Source: Lingula anatina
Taxonomy: Eukaryota; Animalia; Brachiopoda
Reading direction: 5' to 3'
NCBI GenBank assembly: GCA_051362555.1
Contig: CM120647.1
Span: 1,488,001-1,552,000, forward strand
DNA: 64,000 nucleotides
The notes below the pieces were generated by a model that was not told the DNA's origin, searched no databases, and worked only from the letters and a program-made list of their open reading frames with translations. Made by a program: the position numbers and the translations under genes. Every line of letters starts with the position of its first letter. Within the stretch, counting starts at the first letter, position 1. Positions 45,436 through 59,100 of the stretch are shown one piece after another.

Positions 45436-47880
45436 TAAACTTGGTACATGTTGTACCCTCCAGCTGCCCTTCATCTTAAGAACGTGACTGACACTTTCGC
45501 AGTCATTATTGGTTCAGCCGGGCTTCACTTCAGGTCTTGTGCAAAAAGTGTTTCCATTTTCTTCAATCAATGGGAAAAGGCGATTGTTGAAATAATGCTC
45601 AAATGTTGGAGCATTTTCCCTGATGACTTGAATGGTCTCTTCATGACGCTGCTTGAGAATGATGAGGGAAGGTGATGAGGTCAATCCATTGTCCCCAAAT
45701 ATCACATCTACGATCGCCTTTCTGGCGTCTATGGGTGTCCCCACCTTACCTGTATCTCTCAAATGTACTATTGTGTTTTGCTTCAGGTGCCGCTGGCAAG
45801 AGATCAGGTTAGCGCTTTCCTCAGCGCTTTTTCCTCATTTGAACCGATAACAGAGTCAGCCAATTCTAATGCCAATGTCTGGAAAAAACTGGCACACATC
45901 TTGAAATCCGAGTTCCCGTGGATAAACATTGGTCCAATAAAAAGTGGGTGGGTTCCCGTTGCACGATGCACAAGGGCCAGGTTTTTGAAAATCGTACAGG
46001 TAACATACAGTTGACCTAAGTTAAAAGTTTTGTCCACCCCTAAGACTGTTCCATGTGCTACAGGCCCAGCAAAGCAGAATCTTCGTACATCAGCAATTTG
46101 CTCATCTGTGAAAAGCATAATAGTTGGGACCTTCTGATGCTGGTGTGTAATTCTTTTAACAAAAGGATGCTGGTGAATTGCACCCTCCAGGTGGAGAAAG
46201 TTGCTCGCTAGATTCATCCCCCCTGTTGAATTCATTCCCCCTGCATAATTTTCCTCTGTTTGCTTCTTTCTTTTCAAAGAGTGCACTGTATTCTGGACCT
46301 GTTTTAAATTTGCAGGTTTTCAAGTTCTGTTTCCTGGTTCATTTTGTGATAAATCTCTTTTGGTTTAAGGCAGGGTGCATTCATCCTTATTTCGTCCATT
46401 ACAATGGTTGGGACACGGCAATATGGAGTGGTGCTATTTTTTACATTTCCATGAGGAATTCGGCCCGGAAATTTGCCCTTGTATTCAACTAGGACTACGC
46501 TTGGGTGTTCTTTAATCCATGTTACACGTCTGCGATATGTGCTGTCAGCCTTTAAAGAGTTATAGTTTCTTTGAACATTGACAGTGATCTCTGGTTGTAG
46601 ATTTAAAGGAACAAAAGTCGCCTCTCCTTTAACTATGCGGCAAGTGCAAAAAAGATCATCACGTTTGTGCACAACTTTTATTTTCCATCTTCCTTTGCTG
46701 CTGTGGTTACAGGGGAGGGACTCTTTTTTCCAAACCCTACAATCGTCTTCAAAAGCACTTGGTTTTCCCTCTCCTAATCTTTTCACGTTATTAGAGTTTG
46801 ACAGTAAGAACATTAATATTCTCCTATCTACCCTCCGGGATGCTGGCACAAGGCTAGACTGAGTTGGACAAGAGAGTTTCTACTGCACTGCTGATGTGGA
46901 GGAACTCTGAAATAGCAACTCCACCTGCTGCTCTGTCATCTACAGGATCTTGTTTGGTCTCTTCTTCTCTGCTGATGTCAGCCAAGGTATCATTCTCATC
47001 TACATCGTAACCTGGCAAAAAAGGCTGTGAAGTGCTGGTGTCTACATTAGCAGTCTCCTCTTCAGTTAAATGATCCACGGGATCTTGTTCCGAATGAGTA
47101 GTTCCATCCCCTCCTCTGATGTCAGGCAAGGTATCATTCTCGTTGTCACCAACTGGCGAAGACAGCGTAGTTTCCACATAGAACGTCTCCATCTCAGTAA
47201 TTTTTATCTCCTCCTGTAGAAGCACATATGCTTTTTTTCTGAAGGGGGGGGGGGCAAAATGGTCTGGTTGGACCACTTTCACTTGAAGGGACTGCTTGTA
47301 GCACATTGAATATTTTTGTATTTCTCAAAGTTATAAGATATGCTGAAGTCTACCTGGACACCTGAAGTAAGCAACTCTAACACAAGTGAACAATAACTAA
47401 CCACTGCACTACCTGTGCAGCTCTTTATTATAGTACCAGTTATGAAAATGACCCAATGCTACAAGTCCAATAAATATGATTGGCTAGTTCACTACTGCAT
47501 AACCACTGCAATGCAACACTTAATTGTTTGAGATGTTATCACATAGTCTACATGCTTAACTTGTCCACAACAGGACTAAAGCTGGGTTCCTCCTATTGGG
47601 TTCTCCCCGACCTGCTATTTTCCTTGACAGGGGTGCTGAGAAAAAATCACCATTCATTGTGGCAGGAGAGTACGACCTCAATACTATCTGCAAAGCAGCA
47701 CTGGCTGTATAAATATGAGACAATTCTGACCAACGTTTCGGTGCTATGGCAGCCAGCAATTCATTTCCATATACATCACACAGGACAGCATCAGCAGCTA
47801 GCTGTCCTGTGTATCGGGGATGGTCTATTGCATACTCTTCCGGATGTAATATCATCTCCAGTGCCGTCAACAATCGTATG

Positions 47881-48502
47881 GGGCAGAAACCACTAAATCA
47901 GCCAATCAGTGGCTGTTATAGACGAATGTAGTCAGGGCCGTAGCCTCCGGGGGGGCAGGGGGGCAGCTGCCCCCCCTGGAATTTGGAATTTTACATACCA
48001 CACCCTCCCCCCTCGGTAGCTTCGCCCCTTTGTGTCCGCTTACTGCCCCCCCCCCCCCCCCTGGCATTTTGCTCAGACTACGGCCCTGGTAGTTCAGTGT
48101 GAGAAAATGAGTGCTTTTTTCCATTTTTTTCCTGGCATTTCTTGTGTGTTGCTAGGGTTAATTTTGGTATCAACTAGCAGACTAGGGTGTAAACTACTGC
48201 CAGTTTTTTTTTTTTTCAGGACCAGGCACAGGTGCGGTGCAGTCGTGAGACCTCTGGCGGAAGGGGCTACTGACTGTGAGTGGTGCAGTGGTTTGTTTAC
48301 AAACAGAGGGGTGCACATGTTCAAGTGATGCCGGTAAGACAGTGGACTTGAGGACAGTATTTTTTTTGCCATTGGTAGTTATGTCAGTGTGTCTGCTGTC
48401 CATGGAGATGGGAAATGTTTCACAGAGTAATTTTCTTCATGTAGTTTTGCAGGCATTTCTTAGTATGGTCGTCAATGGGAAATTTTTTGGTGGTTTCTTC
48501 CC
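47881..48502. mobile_element. 622-bp TIR element splitting the OTU-like domain
   Basis: GGGCAGAAACCAC / GTGGTTTCTTCCC termini. Removing it rejoins KYHF-H-IRLLTALE. Confidence 0.75.
47933..48088. mobile_element. hAT5-like MITE
   Basis: CAGGGCCGTAG / CTACGGCCCTG TIRs with a GTAGT 5-bp duplication. Confidence 0.85.
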
Positions 48503-48844
48503 TGAAAGTGATACTTCTCGGTCCCATAAAGTCCAAGTGAAATGGACCTGTATAGACAGTTCCATCTGTTCCCACTCTCAAAGGTGTGAAGCAAGAGGGA
48601 CTGAAACTGGTTCAGTATCTTCTGGGGGATGTCGTCTGTAGGGCAGTGGAACATTGTATCGCAAACTGCTGGTAAAGTAAAATGCAGATTCGAAGTTATA
48701 TCGGTCATTTGTAATGACACATTTCCTGCAGACAAAGTTTAATCCATCCTCACTCCATTGCTGAAACCTCTCTTTAGATGACAGGGCAGACATTGCCTAG
48801 AAAAGGAAATACAAGTTTAAGTAAACATACGCTGAATCAAATAT

Positions 48845-49030
48845 CAATTAGAGAGCGCAGACATCCGCCAAGGCAGCAATTTTTTTATTATTATTGATTA
48901 TTGATTGATTATTGATCCGGATCACCACCAAAAACTAATCACTTTCTGACCTACCCTGAAAATTTAATCAAAATTGGTCCATAACTTTTTGAGTTTTGTT
49001 GATGACAAACAAACAGACAGACAAACAGGG
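48845..49030 (+). mobile_element. HINE/DINE-like fragment
   Basis: ...AAAATTGGTCCATAACTTTTTGAGTT...ACAAACAAACAGACAGACAAAC, the core-plus-tetranucleotide layout of these elements. Confidence 0.5.
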
Positions 49031-50929
49031 TAATAAATAGAAATTACATTAATCATAACATTTTGAGAGCAAGGCATGTGCTGCAACAAAACCTAAATCA
49101 AGAGATTCCCTGGTAAGCTGAGCGATGAACCATTATCTTTACAATTTCCAAAATACTGTATTGATTATCTTATGACATTTAATATGTTACAATTAGCCAT
49201 TCCTCACCAAAAGACAGATGCATTATTTATAAAATATACATTTGATTAGAAATAAATTAATGAATATCAATTTGGCCTTACCATAATGATTTTGGTACCT
49301 ATTTTTTAATACATGTACATAGTAATCTAAAAGCTGTAACATGTTGTATTTGAACACTTCTGTTGCTATATTTGCACTGCATTTATGACATTATGTGCAG
49401 AAGTTCTACTTTTGTTCTTAGTTTCAATTCCTTTATATTTGCAGTGTATTTTCACTTCTCTAATAGTGAATAAATTGTCCTCTTCTTAACACCCGTGTAT
49501 TAAATAAAATACTGGACAGATACGCAGATGTCCAACAACCATATATCTCTATACAACTCTACAGCGGATGATACATGAAAACGTGGTCCATATACTTTAG
49601 TCGCCTGCTGGTTGAAAATGTTGGTTTTTCACATTTTTCTGATTCCCCTCCACGGCTTAATGTAAAAAAAACTGTCACTCTGTTTGCCATAAATATTAGG
49701 AAGTTGAACATTCATCTCTTAATTTGAAAGTAGAAAAATACATATTTCATTTTATCACTGCCGAAAACTTGGCATTTTAGGCCACTTTTATTGCCTAAAC
49801 TTTCTAAGCAGTACTTAAAGGACAATAGACACATAAAAATCCATTTCTCGAATTTTGAAGATTCAGCACTCGATCTATACGCTAGAAGTATGTTTTAATC
49901 GATCCCCGTCATTTAAAAATTATAAAAACAATCTATTAGTAGAAAAAAGGCGTTTTAGTAAACCTCACCTCAATATGCTTAAATGAAGCAACATATCTGG
50001 GTCACGTGGTACTGCTACGACAATGAGGATAAAGGTCTATGGTGCATACAGACAGAATAGTTGAGGCAAGTTGTGTTGAACGGGGTCGAGCACTTTTCTT
50101 TATGCCTCAGTGTGTTGCCGTGGGATTCACCAAAATTGCAGCCCTCCTTGACAATTCTTTCTTTGTCTGTGACGGTCTTCCGTGACTTACTTACTAACTT
50201 CGGTGACAATAGTTGCGATGCTTGAGATCTCGGTCACCTCGGGTGTTTTAGATCATATCAAAAGCTGATAGTCTTTTAGATTACCTGTCATCAGTTGGCA
50301 AGCTTACTAATTGCTGATGCATTTTAAATGCATTGTAGTTGACCAAGAGCTCGTTAACAATAAAACCTGTTAATTATGCACCGCTGCAATTACAAGCCAG
50401 GTAATAACAGGTATCAAACTCGTCTTGGTGGGCTCTCATATTTTTCAATATATCTCATTTATTTCATGGGGTTATATTAGTATTTGTAAATGACGTTGAA
50501 TATCAATATTTAAACAATTAAGTTCAAACACGGTCGAGAACATTAATAAAAGAAATTACTCTCAGGGTATCTTGAAGCATGCGTATGCTCAGGCATTACT
50601 TCCGTGGAAGAAAACGTGCTGAGGAAAAACAGGAAAAAGAGCGGTATATTAAAGAAAAAATAGGAACTGCTGTAATAAAATGGTTCGTAATCCTAATTCG
50701 TTTATGCTTTGAGGATTTGTTTCTGAAGGTTATTTCATCTGAAATATTAAATAATTGAAAAGATTTATCATTTTATAACTTGAAACGCAAGTTCTGCGTC
50801 TGTACGCAACACTTTTTGCAAATTTGTAAGCTTTGCAAACCCATAAAACATGTAGCAGATCAAGGTAAAAGCGCATTGTTTGCTACTAGTAGCATGGAAA
50901 AAATCATAATTTAATGAGTTTACTAAATG

Positions 50930-51463
50930 TGCAGTTTTACGTACGTTTGTAAATTATGCATGGAGATTTAACTTGGTAAGGGATATAAGAAAGCCACAAA
51001 TGGATTTTTTAAAAAGAATGTTGGGTGTAAAAAAGGAGCACTACTAATAACTTAGTTCATTGTACATAACTTAGTATATTATGAAAAGCGGGAGATACCC
51101 AATTCATTTAAGTATGAAGCTGCAATTTTTTAATATTGATTTAAATCCCCTCTTCGAAAACTTGTATTATAGCACAGTGCTATAAAGATCTACTCAAGAA
51201 AAATTTGCTTGGGTAAAATTGAGTACAGAATGAACTGGAGACACTTGGCTTGTCATTAAGTTTTCACGAAAATATGTCAGATAACTTTATACTGTCCTTG
51301 AAAGAGTAAAGATTGAAAGATAATTTTAGACAAACTTTGACGGGGGAAATATCCACAAAAATATAAAGGGCTATTGCGCCAACATCTTGTTGAAAGGTTT
51401 ACACTGCGATTCTATTTAAATAAGCTAAGGAACTAATTGCCAAATTTAGACTTTCATCACATA
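50930..51463 (+). mobile_element. Heavily decayed LINE fragment related to the 8380-8740 type
   Basis: FLKRMLGVK...STTNNLV...GRYP...IAKFRLSSH remnants; cut by a CAGGGGCGTAACCAG terminus at ~51465. Confidence 0.55.
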
Positions 51464-52941
51464 ACAGGGGCGTAACCAGACCTGCAAAAATTGTACGCAC
51501 AGATTTAAAAGAATTACAAGCGCATACAGCAAAATGTAGACTAACGCAAAACATAAAGGACAGCGTAATCACAGCAAATATACCTCATATAGTAGCTTAA
51601 TTTCCATTAATAATAAAATCATCATTTAAGTCAAATATATTCTCGCGATTCTAATTTACCCAGAACGGTATATTTATTTAAAAGGAGGCTAACTGAAATA
51701 TAGTTTTATTATTTGTTTGTGAAAATTGCCCATTTCATCCTGTTAGTTTGGAGGTCTAAGCTGGATCAAGTCCGTGTTAAAATTCCTACGAAGCTGTGCA
51801 GGAAAAATTCTTCCTTTGTTTCTTTAGCTCCTCGATAAACCTGGTGTTCAGATTTTATCTAGTACCCTCAGGTCTGCGGGAGCTGCTCTTTGAAACTAAC
51901 GCACAGGTAGATTTTTACCTGAGATAAATATCGCCAGCGAGAGTGCGTTCGATACTCGCAAGACATAGGCTTGAGGAGAATTGAATGCCATTTAACCCTC
52001 TAATTAAGAGGTAAAGGAAGTTCCAGTTAGATGAATGATTAAGATAGGACTTGTAAAGGTAACAGGCATTGTTTACTTCAGTTTAATAAAAGTATGCAAG
52101 ACGGGGTGTCAGCGGTTTAATTAAATAAATTGAATTTCACAAATAACATGGACCTCATATGCGATAATCAACAGTACCCTTAAGTCATTCAAATGCAGTG
52201 TTTTATACAACTTGGGATAACCATAATTAAATGCTTGTTAAAGAATTGAATAGACGGGAAATGGTTTTACACAGCTCTACGAGGATTTAGACCCCTCGGG
52301 TAAGAGATTTGAATGAGTATAAACTACCAGAAGCCAGAAAAGTCATCTTACAGGTAGACAATGCAGCTCAGTTTGACAGCTAAGCACGCTCTGTTCTCCG
52401 GTGGCTCGATTGTCGTCATCGGACCACGTGACCACGTAGTTCATTAACTCCCAGGCCGAGCAAATAGGACGTTTTTTAAAGCCAAAAATTTACAAAATGA
52501 GCTTTTAATTTGTGTATTTAGATAAATATATCGTTAGTTGGGCATGTTTTCTGAAGAATATGTTCCGTTCAGGCCATTCTGACGCTGTGGCCATTTTTAA
52601 TATTTAATAGTGGATTCCACACTGGCACTTGTCTGTCTTGTCTTAACAGCATAATGACCATCAGTCTTAAATAATTAAATGTAAATATCATGGATTTTCA
52701 GAAAATGTGACTAACAAAGGTCCTCATTATTAATAAAATATGTTCCCCAAATACATATACGCCAACTAAAAATAAAAACAAGGCAGCAAAGCTGTCAAAT
52801 GTACATCCATGGCTCAACTGGCACATTCCGCAGTTACCAGCAAAGTAGTTCATCAGAATTTTCACTGAAGACAGACACAGGTGGAAGAGTGGGTAGGTAT
52901 CACAGCAGGATGGCGGATTAAAAGCATGCAGGGCTCACCTA

Positions 52942-53195
52942 CACACAATGGTCAATAGAAGTGTCACCCCTACTGAACCAATCCTTGGGGGAGATAAATG
53001 ACTGTGGAATGATATGCTCCTGGTATCATTTTATAACATCAATTTTCACAAAAAAAAAAAAAAAAAATCCATGGTACAGCGGTTTTATACTCATATAACA
53101 CAAATTTAAGCAGACCAGGTATTATAACTACTCAAGAAATGCCTCCTATGATTACTCAGATTCAGGGGGGTGACTCTTCTATCGTCCATTGTGTG
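52942..53195. mobile_element. Tc1/mariner-type MITE
   Basis: ~35-bp TIRs CACACAATGGTCAATAGAAGTGTCACCCC..., flanked by TA. Confidence 0.75.
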
Positions 53196-54164
53196 TACAT
53201 GTAGGCGCACTAGAGTAAATTGAATCATCCTCTATAGATTACCCGCGTTCTTTTTATTGGATGTTTATCAGTGAAATAATTGAATTAATTGGTGTCTATT
53301 ATTGTCGACTTAATCACCTATTCGCGAACCAGGAAGCAGATATTTTCACGCAATGCAGAGAATTTTTCCATCTCATTTATAGGAATTGTACATGAAATCA
53401 CGAATATCAAATTAAACAGAATAATTTAAAGGAACCAAAAAACCATTGATTTCACATGAGAAGTATTGTAGAAAGCGAGCACAAAAATGCATAAACCATT
53501 TCTATTATTGTATTCTGTTATAATTGTAGTAGCTAAATGCCATGGCAAAAATATCAATCCGAGCTAAGTGAGGAACCATTGACAGTTTAGAAAGAGTCAG
53601 CTGTTTTACTTTGATTTGTCCCTGTTAATAACGATCAATAATGCAACAAGTATCATGTGACGTATTTCTAGAGGCTTTTATTTCGTTTGTGAAAAATATA
53701 TATCCAAAATTCTCTTAATAGAAAGGCTTTTTCATGAAATCAGTTATGTGCCATCCAGCTGTATGTGGAGAAATTACATGCACAACTTGTAAATACGTCC
53801 TTGCTTTTCTTATAAGAACCATATACTGTACGCTATTATATAGATATACATGTAGAATAACATAAGTACATAAATACAATGTCGCCAATATAAAAGAAGG
53901 CGCTGCATGGGTCCGCCAACGATTAAGGAAATGATCATGACTGGCCAAAAATTCCGCTTGAAATTTATATATTTGGTAACGCAGAAGCAGCGAGCTGCGA
54001 CGTTGTCTGTAAACGTTCACTTTGATGAAAAAGCTCAAGTTGTCTTTTCTTTTCGTCTTAACTAGAGTAGCAGTCAAAGTTACCTTAGTACCGTAACAGT
54101 CTACTTGACAGAAGTAGCAGTCATGTAAATTAACACGGCGAAGGACGGTGTAATAAACGTTGCC

Positions 54165-55316
54165 TTACATCCATGAAGCTATAGAAGTAGTCGACGCCGT
54201 TATCGGACTTGCGGGCTCATTTCGGCTACCTAAGCACTGAGCATCATTTTCAGCACGCCTAGTTGAGGTTTCAGCATTCCAACGACGACAACAAATACAC
54301 TCCTTGAAAAGGTTCACCAACTCGTCCCGAAAGATATGACCAGACGCAACATAAAGAAAAAAGTTAGTATTGTGATTCAGCAAACTTATCAGGAACAATG
54401 TCGACCCTACGAACATGTACATGTTTTGGTAGGTGCGTTCTGTGGAAATGCCACCTCCAATATCAAGCATGTTTTCGGCTCGCATGAAGACGTTAAAGAT
54501 AATAAAGGGCAAGGTGAGCAAGATAAACGCTGTCAGTGTCGTTAACAGTAGAATATTTACTTTGGTGTCCGTCGTCCCACTGCTATCACCGTGCTGCTGA
54601 TGACCAGCCAGTTGTCGTCTTACGGAATGGCTCTTCCTTAGATTACACACAATGGCGACCGTCATCGTTATAATGGCTAATGTGATTACGAACCACGCAA
54701 CGTAATAAATATAGGGCAAAAAGATGGCCCTATGCTCCATTGTATTGAAATGTGCAGAACAAAATGCTGTTTTTGAAGCAGAAACAAGAACTAGAGTAAA
54801 AACTGCAAGACCAGAACAGGTCAGCAGAGCTCTCCGTCTCGTGCACAGGGAAGAGGCTTGCAGTGGTTTGAAGATTATTATAAGTCTCTCTACGGTTAAC
54901 GCAAATACGTAGAGCAGGGAGAGCAAATAAGACGCGTTGTGCAAAACGGCTACTACAAGATTGGCTTCACAAGGCGGTTCAGTTCCTAGACTCCAGAAAA
55001 TGCACTGACAGGAAAGGCAAGATAGCTTTAACTGATCCGCGCCGGCAAGGAACAGAATATAAACGAAGGTGGATTTCTGCCTAAGACTCGGACGTCGGAG
55101 AACCACCAGGAAAGTGAGGAAGTTACCAACCAGGCCGATGGCTGTCAGGGCGTGCACAGTGTTACACCAACATGTCCCATAGTATGACCAGCACCGTTGC
55201 TCGGAGGACAGCATGGTATCGTTCAAGTCGTCCAAATCGTACCTGCTCATATTTCCTTGGGAGGCGTTGCTGTTATTAAAAAGTCCAACATCTTTCCGAG
55301 AATCAACCTCCTGCAT
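54165..55316 (-). CDS. Class A GPCR paralog D, 383 aa, intronless CDS (most diverged copy)
   Basis: Same 7TM motifs. Start placed at ATG 55316 (MQEVD) by homology with the A-C starts, not at the GTG at 55331. Confidence 0.92.
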   Translation of the reverse strand: MQEVDSRKDVGLFNNSNASQGNMSRYDLDDLNDTMLSSEQRCWSYYGTCWCNTVHALTAIGLVGNFLTFLVVLRRPSLRQKSTFVYILFLAGADQLKLSCLSCQCIFWSLGTEPPCEANLVVAVLHNASYLLSLLYVFALTVERLIIIFKPLQASSLCTRRRALLTCSGLAVFTLVLVSASKTAFCSAHFNTMEHRAIFLPYIYYVAWFVITLAIITMTVAIVCNLRKSHSVRRQLAGHQQHGDSSGTTDTKVNILLLTTLTAFILLTLPFIIFNVFMRAENMLDIGGGISTERTYQNMYMFVGSTLFLISLLNHNTNFFLYVASGHIFRDELVNLFKECICCRRWNAETSTRRAENDAQCLGSRNEPASPITASTTSIASWM

Positions 55317-55814
55317 TGTACAGTATATCACTAGTCCTCAATCTAGGTGTTATGTATCTTAAATTGCCTGTAATTTAATTCTCTTTCCCTTGACAGTCAT
55401 TTATAGTCTTAATAGCTGTTCCTAAAAACATGACGAATTAAACTGTGCACTCTATTTTATCATTCCTCAGTGTAGGTGTAATGCATCTTGTATTGAATGA
55501 AATAGATAGTTCTTATTGGTCGACATCAGTGGGTCGAGAAATGTTGAAAAACGTTAAGACACTTTCCGCCAATTAGCCTCATTTCACGTACTGCCTCATT
55601 TACTTACTTCATTCCATCATATCCACTCAGTGAGAGGCTGTGTTACTAATATAACGATACATGGTGTTTTAACTTAAAAGTCTGACGTGATTGCTAAATA
55701 TCCTCTACCAGGGCCACAGATTGATTTTTTCACTAGATATTCACAAATGTGTCTCTGACTTATTCGTGGCAAATTTTTTTCACTGTCGCGTTGGAGAAAA
55801 GTGCAAATTATTAA

Positions 55815-56151
55815 AGCAATAATAACTCTTCGTTTCGGCCAAAAAATGAATTTTCCTGGAGTAAACAACAATTTTCCCATACTTACCAATGGTTAATGAA
55901 TCCATTTTTACATTCAAAGTTAGCCCCTGGTTTTTTTCTAAAAAGTTTGGTTTTTTGTTAAAATCTCTTAAGAGATTTTAACAGAGTATAGACATCAATG
56001 AAGGTCACGTGGTCTAAAGACAAGTTCAAATATCAGAATAAAAGCTATAACTGCTGTTTTTGTGGTAAAACAGAATATATTATATTTCTATGAGTTATTC
56101 ACAAGGTTTTTATTGTGAAATATAGGTCTCATACGAAGAGTTATTATCCCT
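55815..56151. mobile_element. Kolobok-like MITE
   Basis: TTAA duplication; TIRs AGCAATAATAACTCTTCGT / ACGAAGAGTTATTATCCCT. Partial copies at ~30120-30335, ~32115-32330, ~36670-36850 and 400-470. Confidence 0.75.
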
Positions 56152-59100
56152 TTAATCTACAGCCCTGGTAGAGGGAAATTTCTATACTGGATATAGTGAC
56201 GCCGCGAAGGAAGAAACGCGCTTAATGATCACTTCTGTAGCTGCGACCACTTTTTGAAATACAAATTTTCAATATCATACAAATGCCTCTCAAATTCTGG
56301 TTGCAATTTAATATTAATTCAGTTTTTTGTTTTACTTTTGAAAAGCTGAGTGATCGAAGGAACGTTGAGTAAAAGAAGTTCATGGTCCGATGAAAACGCT
56401 TTCGATATCGGGGCGACTGGGCCGTTTTTGTTTTGAGAACTATGACATTGCTTCTAAAATTGTATAGGAAATTTCTGGATTATTTTCCATTAAAATGCAC
56501 TTTCATGTATTAAATTAAAATATATTAGAGGCATTCCCATTTCCACCAAGTTAATGGAATTAGGATTTTTAAAAGTTACACATTACTAATTTAAACTTTA
56601 AACTTTCTCCACTGATCACCTTCTTCACTGAACAAAAAGTATAAAACGAATTTCATGAAGGTGCAAATGTGGCCAAAGTCCAATGCCCCAAGCACTCCAA
56701 AGTACAAATGCAACAATAATGAATTTCTATGTCAAAATCCAATAAAGATATTTTTTCAATGTTTGAGAGTTTAAGGCATGGCATACACTCGTTAAGATTT
56801 TATTATTACAAGGAATACATAAAAGTTAGAATGGTTTGTTTTTCACACAGAGAGAAGTCTTATTGCACAAAACTGACAGAAACAACTATTGCGACGTTGG
56901 TAAGGATTATTAAATTAAAAAAAACTACTTGATTTCCGATGCACATAATTTACACAGAGCGACAAATAACGTAACGACTGTTCTACCTGAATTGATATGA
57001 ACAAATACATGAAACCCCTCCGATTGTTCGGCTGATGGAATGCAGCACAATCTTTGTAACACCCAGAGCACAACTACCACAATCAGCAAAGGTTTGTGCA
57101 CCGTTTAGTGCAGTAACTTGTTCCGGAACACGAATATATCAGCATGCAACTTACACGTGTGAAACAGAAAATGGATGATAGGGCTCGTTGATTATCTTTT
57201 TTTTTTTTTTTTTTTGTCATTTCAGGAGATATTTTAAGAAGAAATAACACAGGAATTGTTGTATCCTTACTTCTATTCTATTCTAAGAATCCAGTATTTT
57301 AATTTCAAGTGGCTTTGAAGACCAGTCCCGCGTCAATTAGTTTCAGACTTATGGAACGAAGACGGTCCATTTTTGTATATCAGTGCCCCTGTGCCTCATC
57401 TTCGGGCAAAGTTCCTTTCAGACCAGGTAAAATTACTACCCACTTCCAAACAATTGTTTATTTGCAAAACAAATCCTCTGTGGAATTCAATTTTACTCAA
57501 CTGCATAAAAAAATCACAAAGATATATATTCATTTTATAAATAATTTATTTATAGCTCTATTCCAGCATTCATGAACAATGTACTTGACAGATGTTTCAG
57601 ACAACCCTATTGGCCCAAATGACTTGAATGATATAACGGGCAATGTCATTGGCCAAAAGAAGTCAATGGAATTGTACGTGTTTACGAGGTGTTTTAGATA
57701 ATGAAAATATCAGATATGTGGAACAAATCACACCCTTTTCTGTCAGAAGTAACAAGATTTTTTGTCCTCAGATTACAGAGAGAGATCTGATAAGACAGTC
57801 GAGGGTTCCCGGGTTGACTCTCATCACATCTAAGTTCACACTCTCACCACTTTAACAACTTGCTCAATTCAACATTCTACAGAAATACTGACTGTAAAAA
57901 ATATCTATCAGACAATAAAGAAACAGACTTCTTACTTCTATTAAAACCGTTATAAATCTGTCTGGTTTGTTGGCCTAAATTTGTCTACTAGATGCCCGTG
58001 TGTGGGTGTGTCCTGCACCGCTGTGTGCAATGAAAAACAAATTTTGGTTCTCTGTCCAAGAATTAGTCAAGTTGTCAAACATTTTAAATCATGAAAACAG
58101 GTAACAAAATTTCATCGCTAATATTAAAACTTTCCAACTTTGAAAAAAAATAAAAAATAAAATAACTAAATAAACAAATAAATAAAAATAAATATAATAA
58201 TAATTTAAAGCAATAGTAACAGTAAGGTAAATGGTTCAAGTTCTGGTCATGGAAACAAAACAACAAGAAATATGCAGATGCCTGAAATCCCTCCAATTGT
58301 AAAAAGAAACAAATGTCTGATTGTAAAACCGTGTGTATCTATTGATATCTAGTTAAAATTCACCTTGGAGAACCCTCATAATTAATATTAGATACACAAA
58401 AATAACTTAAACAACTAACAATCAACATAGTAATGTCTTTAACAGTTCTTCTAAGGGATGCAGGCATACCGCGAACTGCTCTCCCTTTGGTAATATATAG
58501 ACCACCACTTTAAGACCATAATAAATTTAGGGAATTTACTGCCACTGAATTGACAATAACCTTCCATGCTACATAAAAAATTTGTTGGAATATCTTACCA
58601 GTAAAATATATATCCCACCTTCCCTCTTATTGTTTTAATCACCTTACATTGGTAAACTAATAAATCAGTCTCATATACTGCTTCATCAAGTAGTTGACAG
58701 TAAGATGTCGTGAAGGTCAAATAAACCAGACATTGCTACTTTGTTCCACTGCTTTATAACATGTAAATAATGTCTTATCTGTGCTAGCTGAACACCAGTA
58801 ACCAGGAAGTACACCAGTAACCAGGAAGTACACCTGTAAGGAGTTCGTTAGTTGGAGAAACAACCAGGACAGACAAAGCTATAGAGATCTTTTTCTGAGT
58901 TTTTCTTTGACCATGTGGTCATTTTTTTTTCGTAATTTAAAAGAATGTTAGTCAGTCAAAAAAAGGAGTCTATGTCTCCACTTGCTGCCTGTGTCACTTC
59001 AAAGGTGGAAGAGTGACAGTTGGGCCATCCTTGACTGTAGGTGGCGCTGGCCATCTTCTCAACACTAGATGGCATTATTCATCAAGAGGCTCTGGTCCAT

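Larger units (their letters stand above)
44900..48797 (-). mobile_element. Decayed Mutator-like (MULE) transposase gene with a PHD-like remnant and an OTU/vertnin-like domain
   Basis: MULE motifs GVDKTFNLG, GSNEEKAL, CQRHLKQN and *TNNDCES. Upstream NCLYRSISLGLYGTEKYHF..RLLTALE...LLWT...PDHFAP (vertnin/OTU-like) and FVCRKC. Many stops, frameshifts and nested insertions; TIRs not located. Confidence 0.8.

Noticed and set aside
55317-55331. Longer start for GPCR D (MIYCT)
   Set aside because: It begins at a GTG; the ATG at 55316 aligns with the starts of A, B and C.
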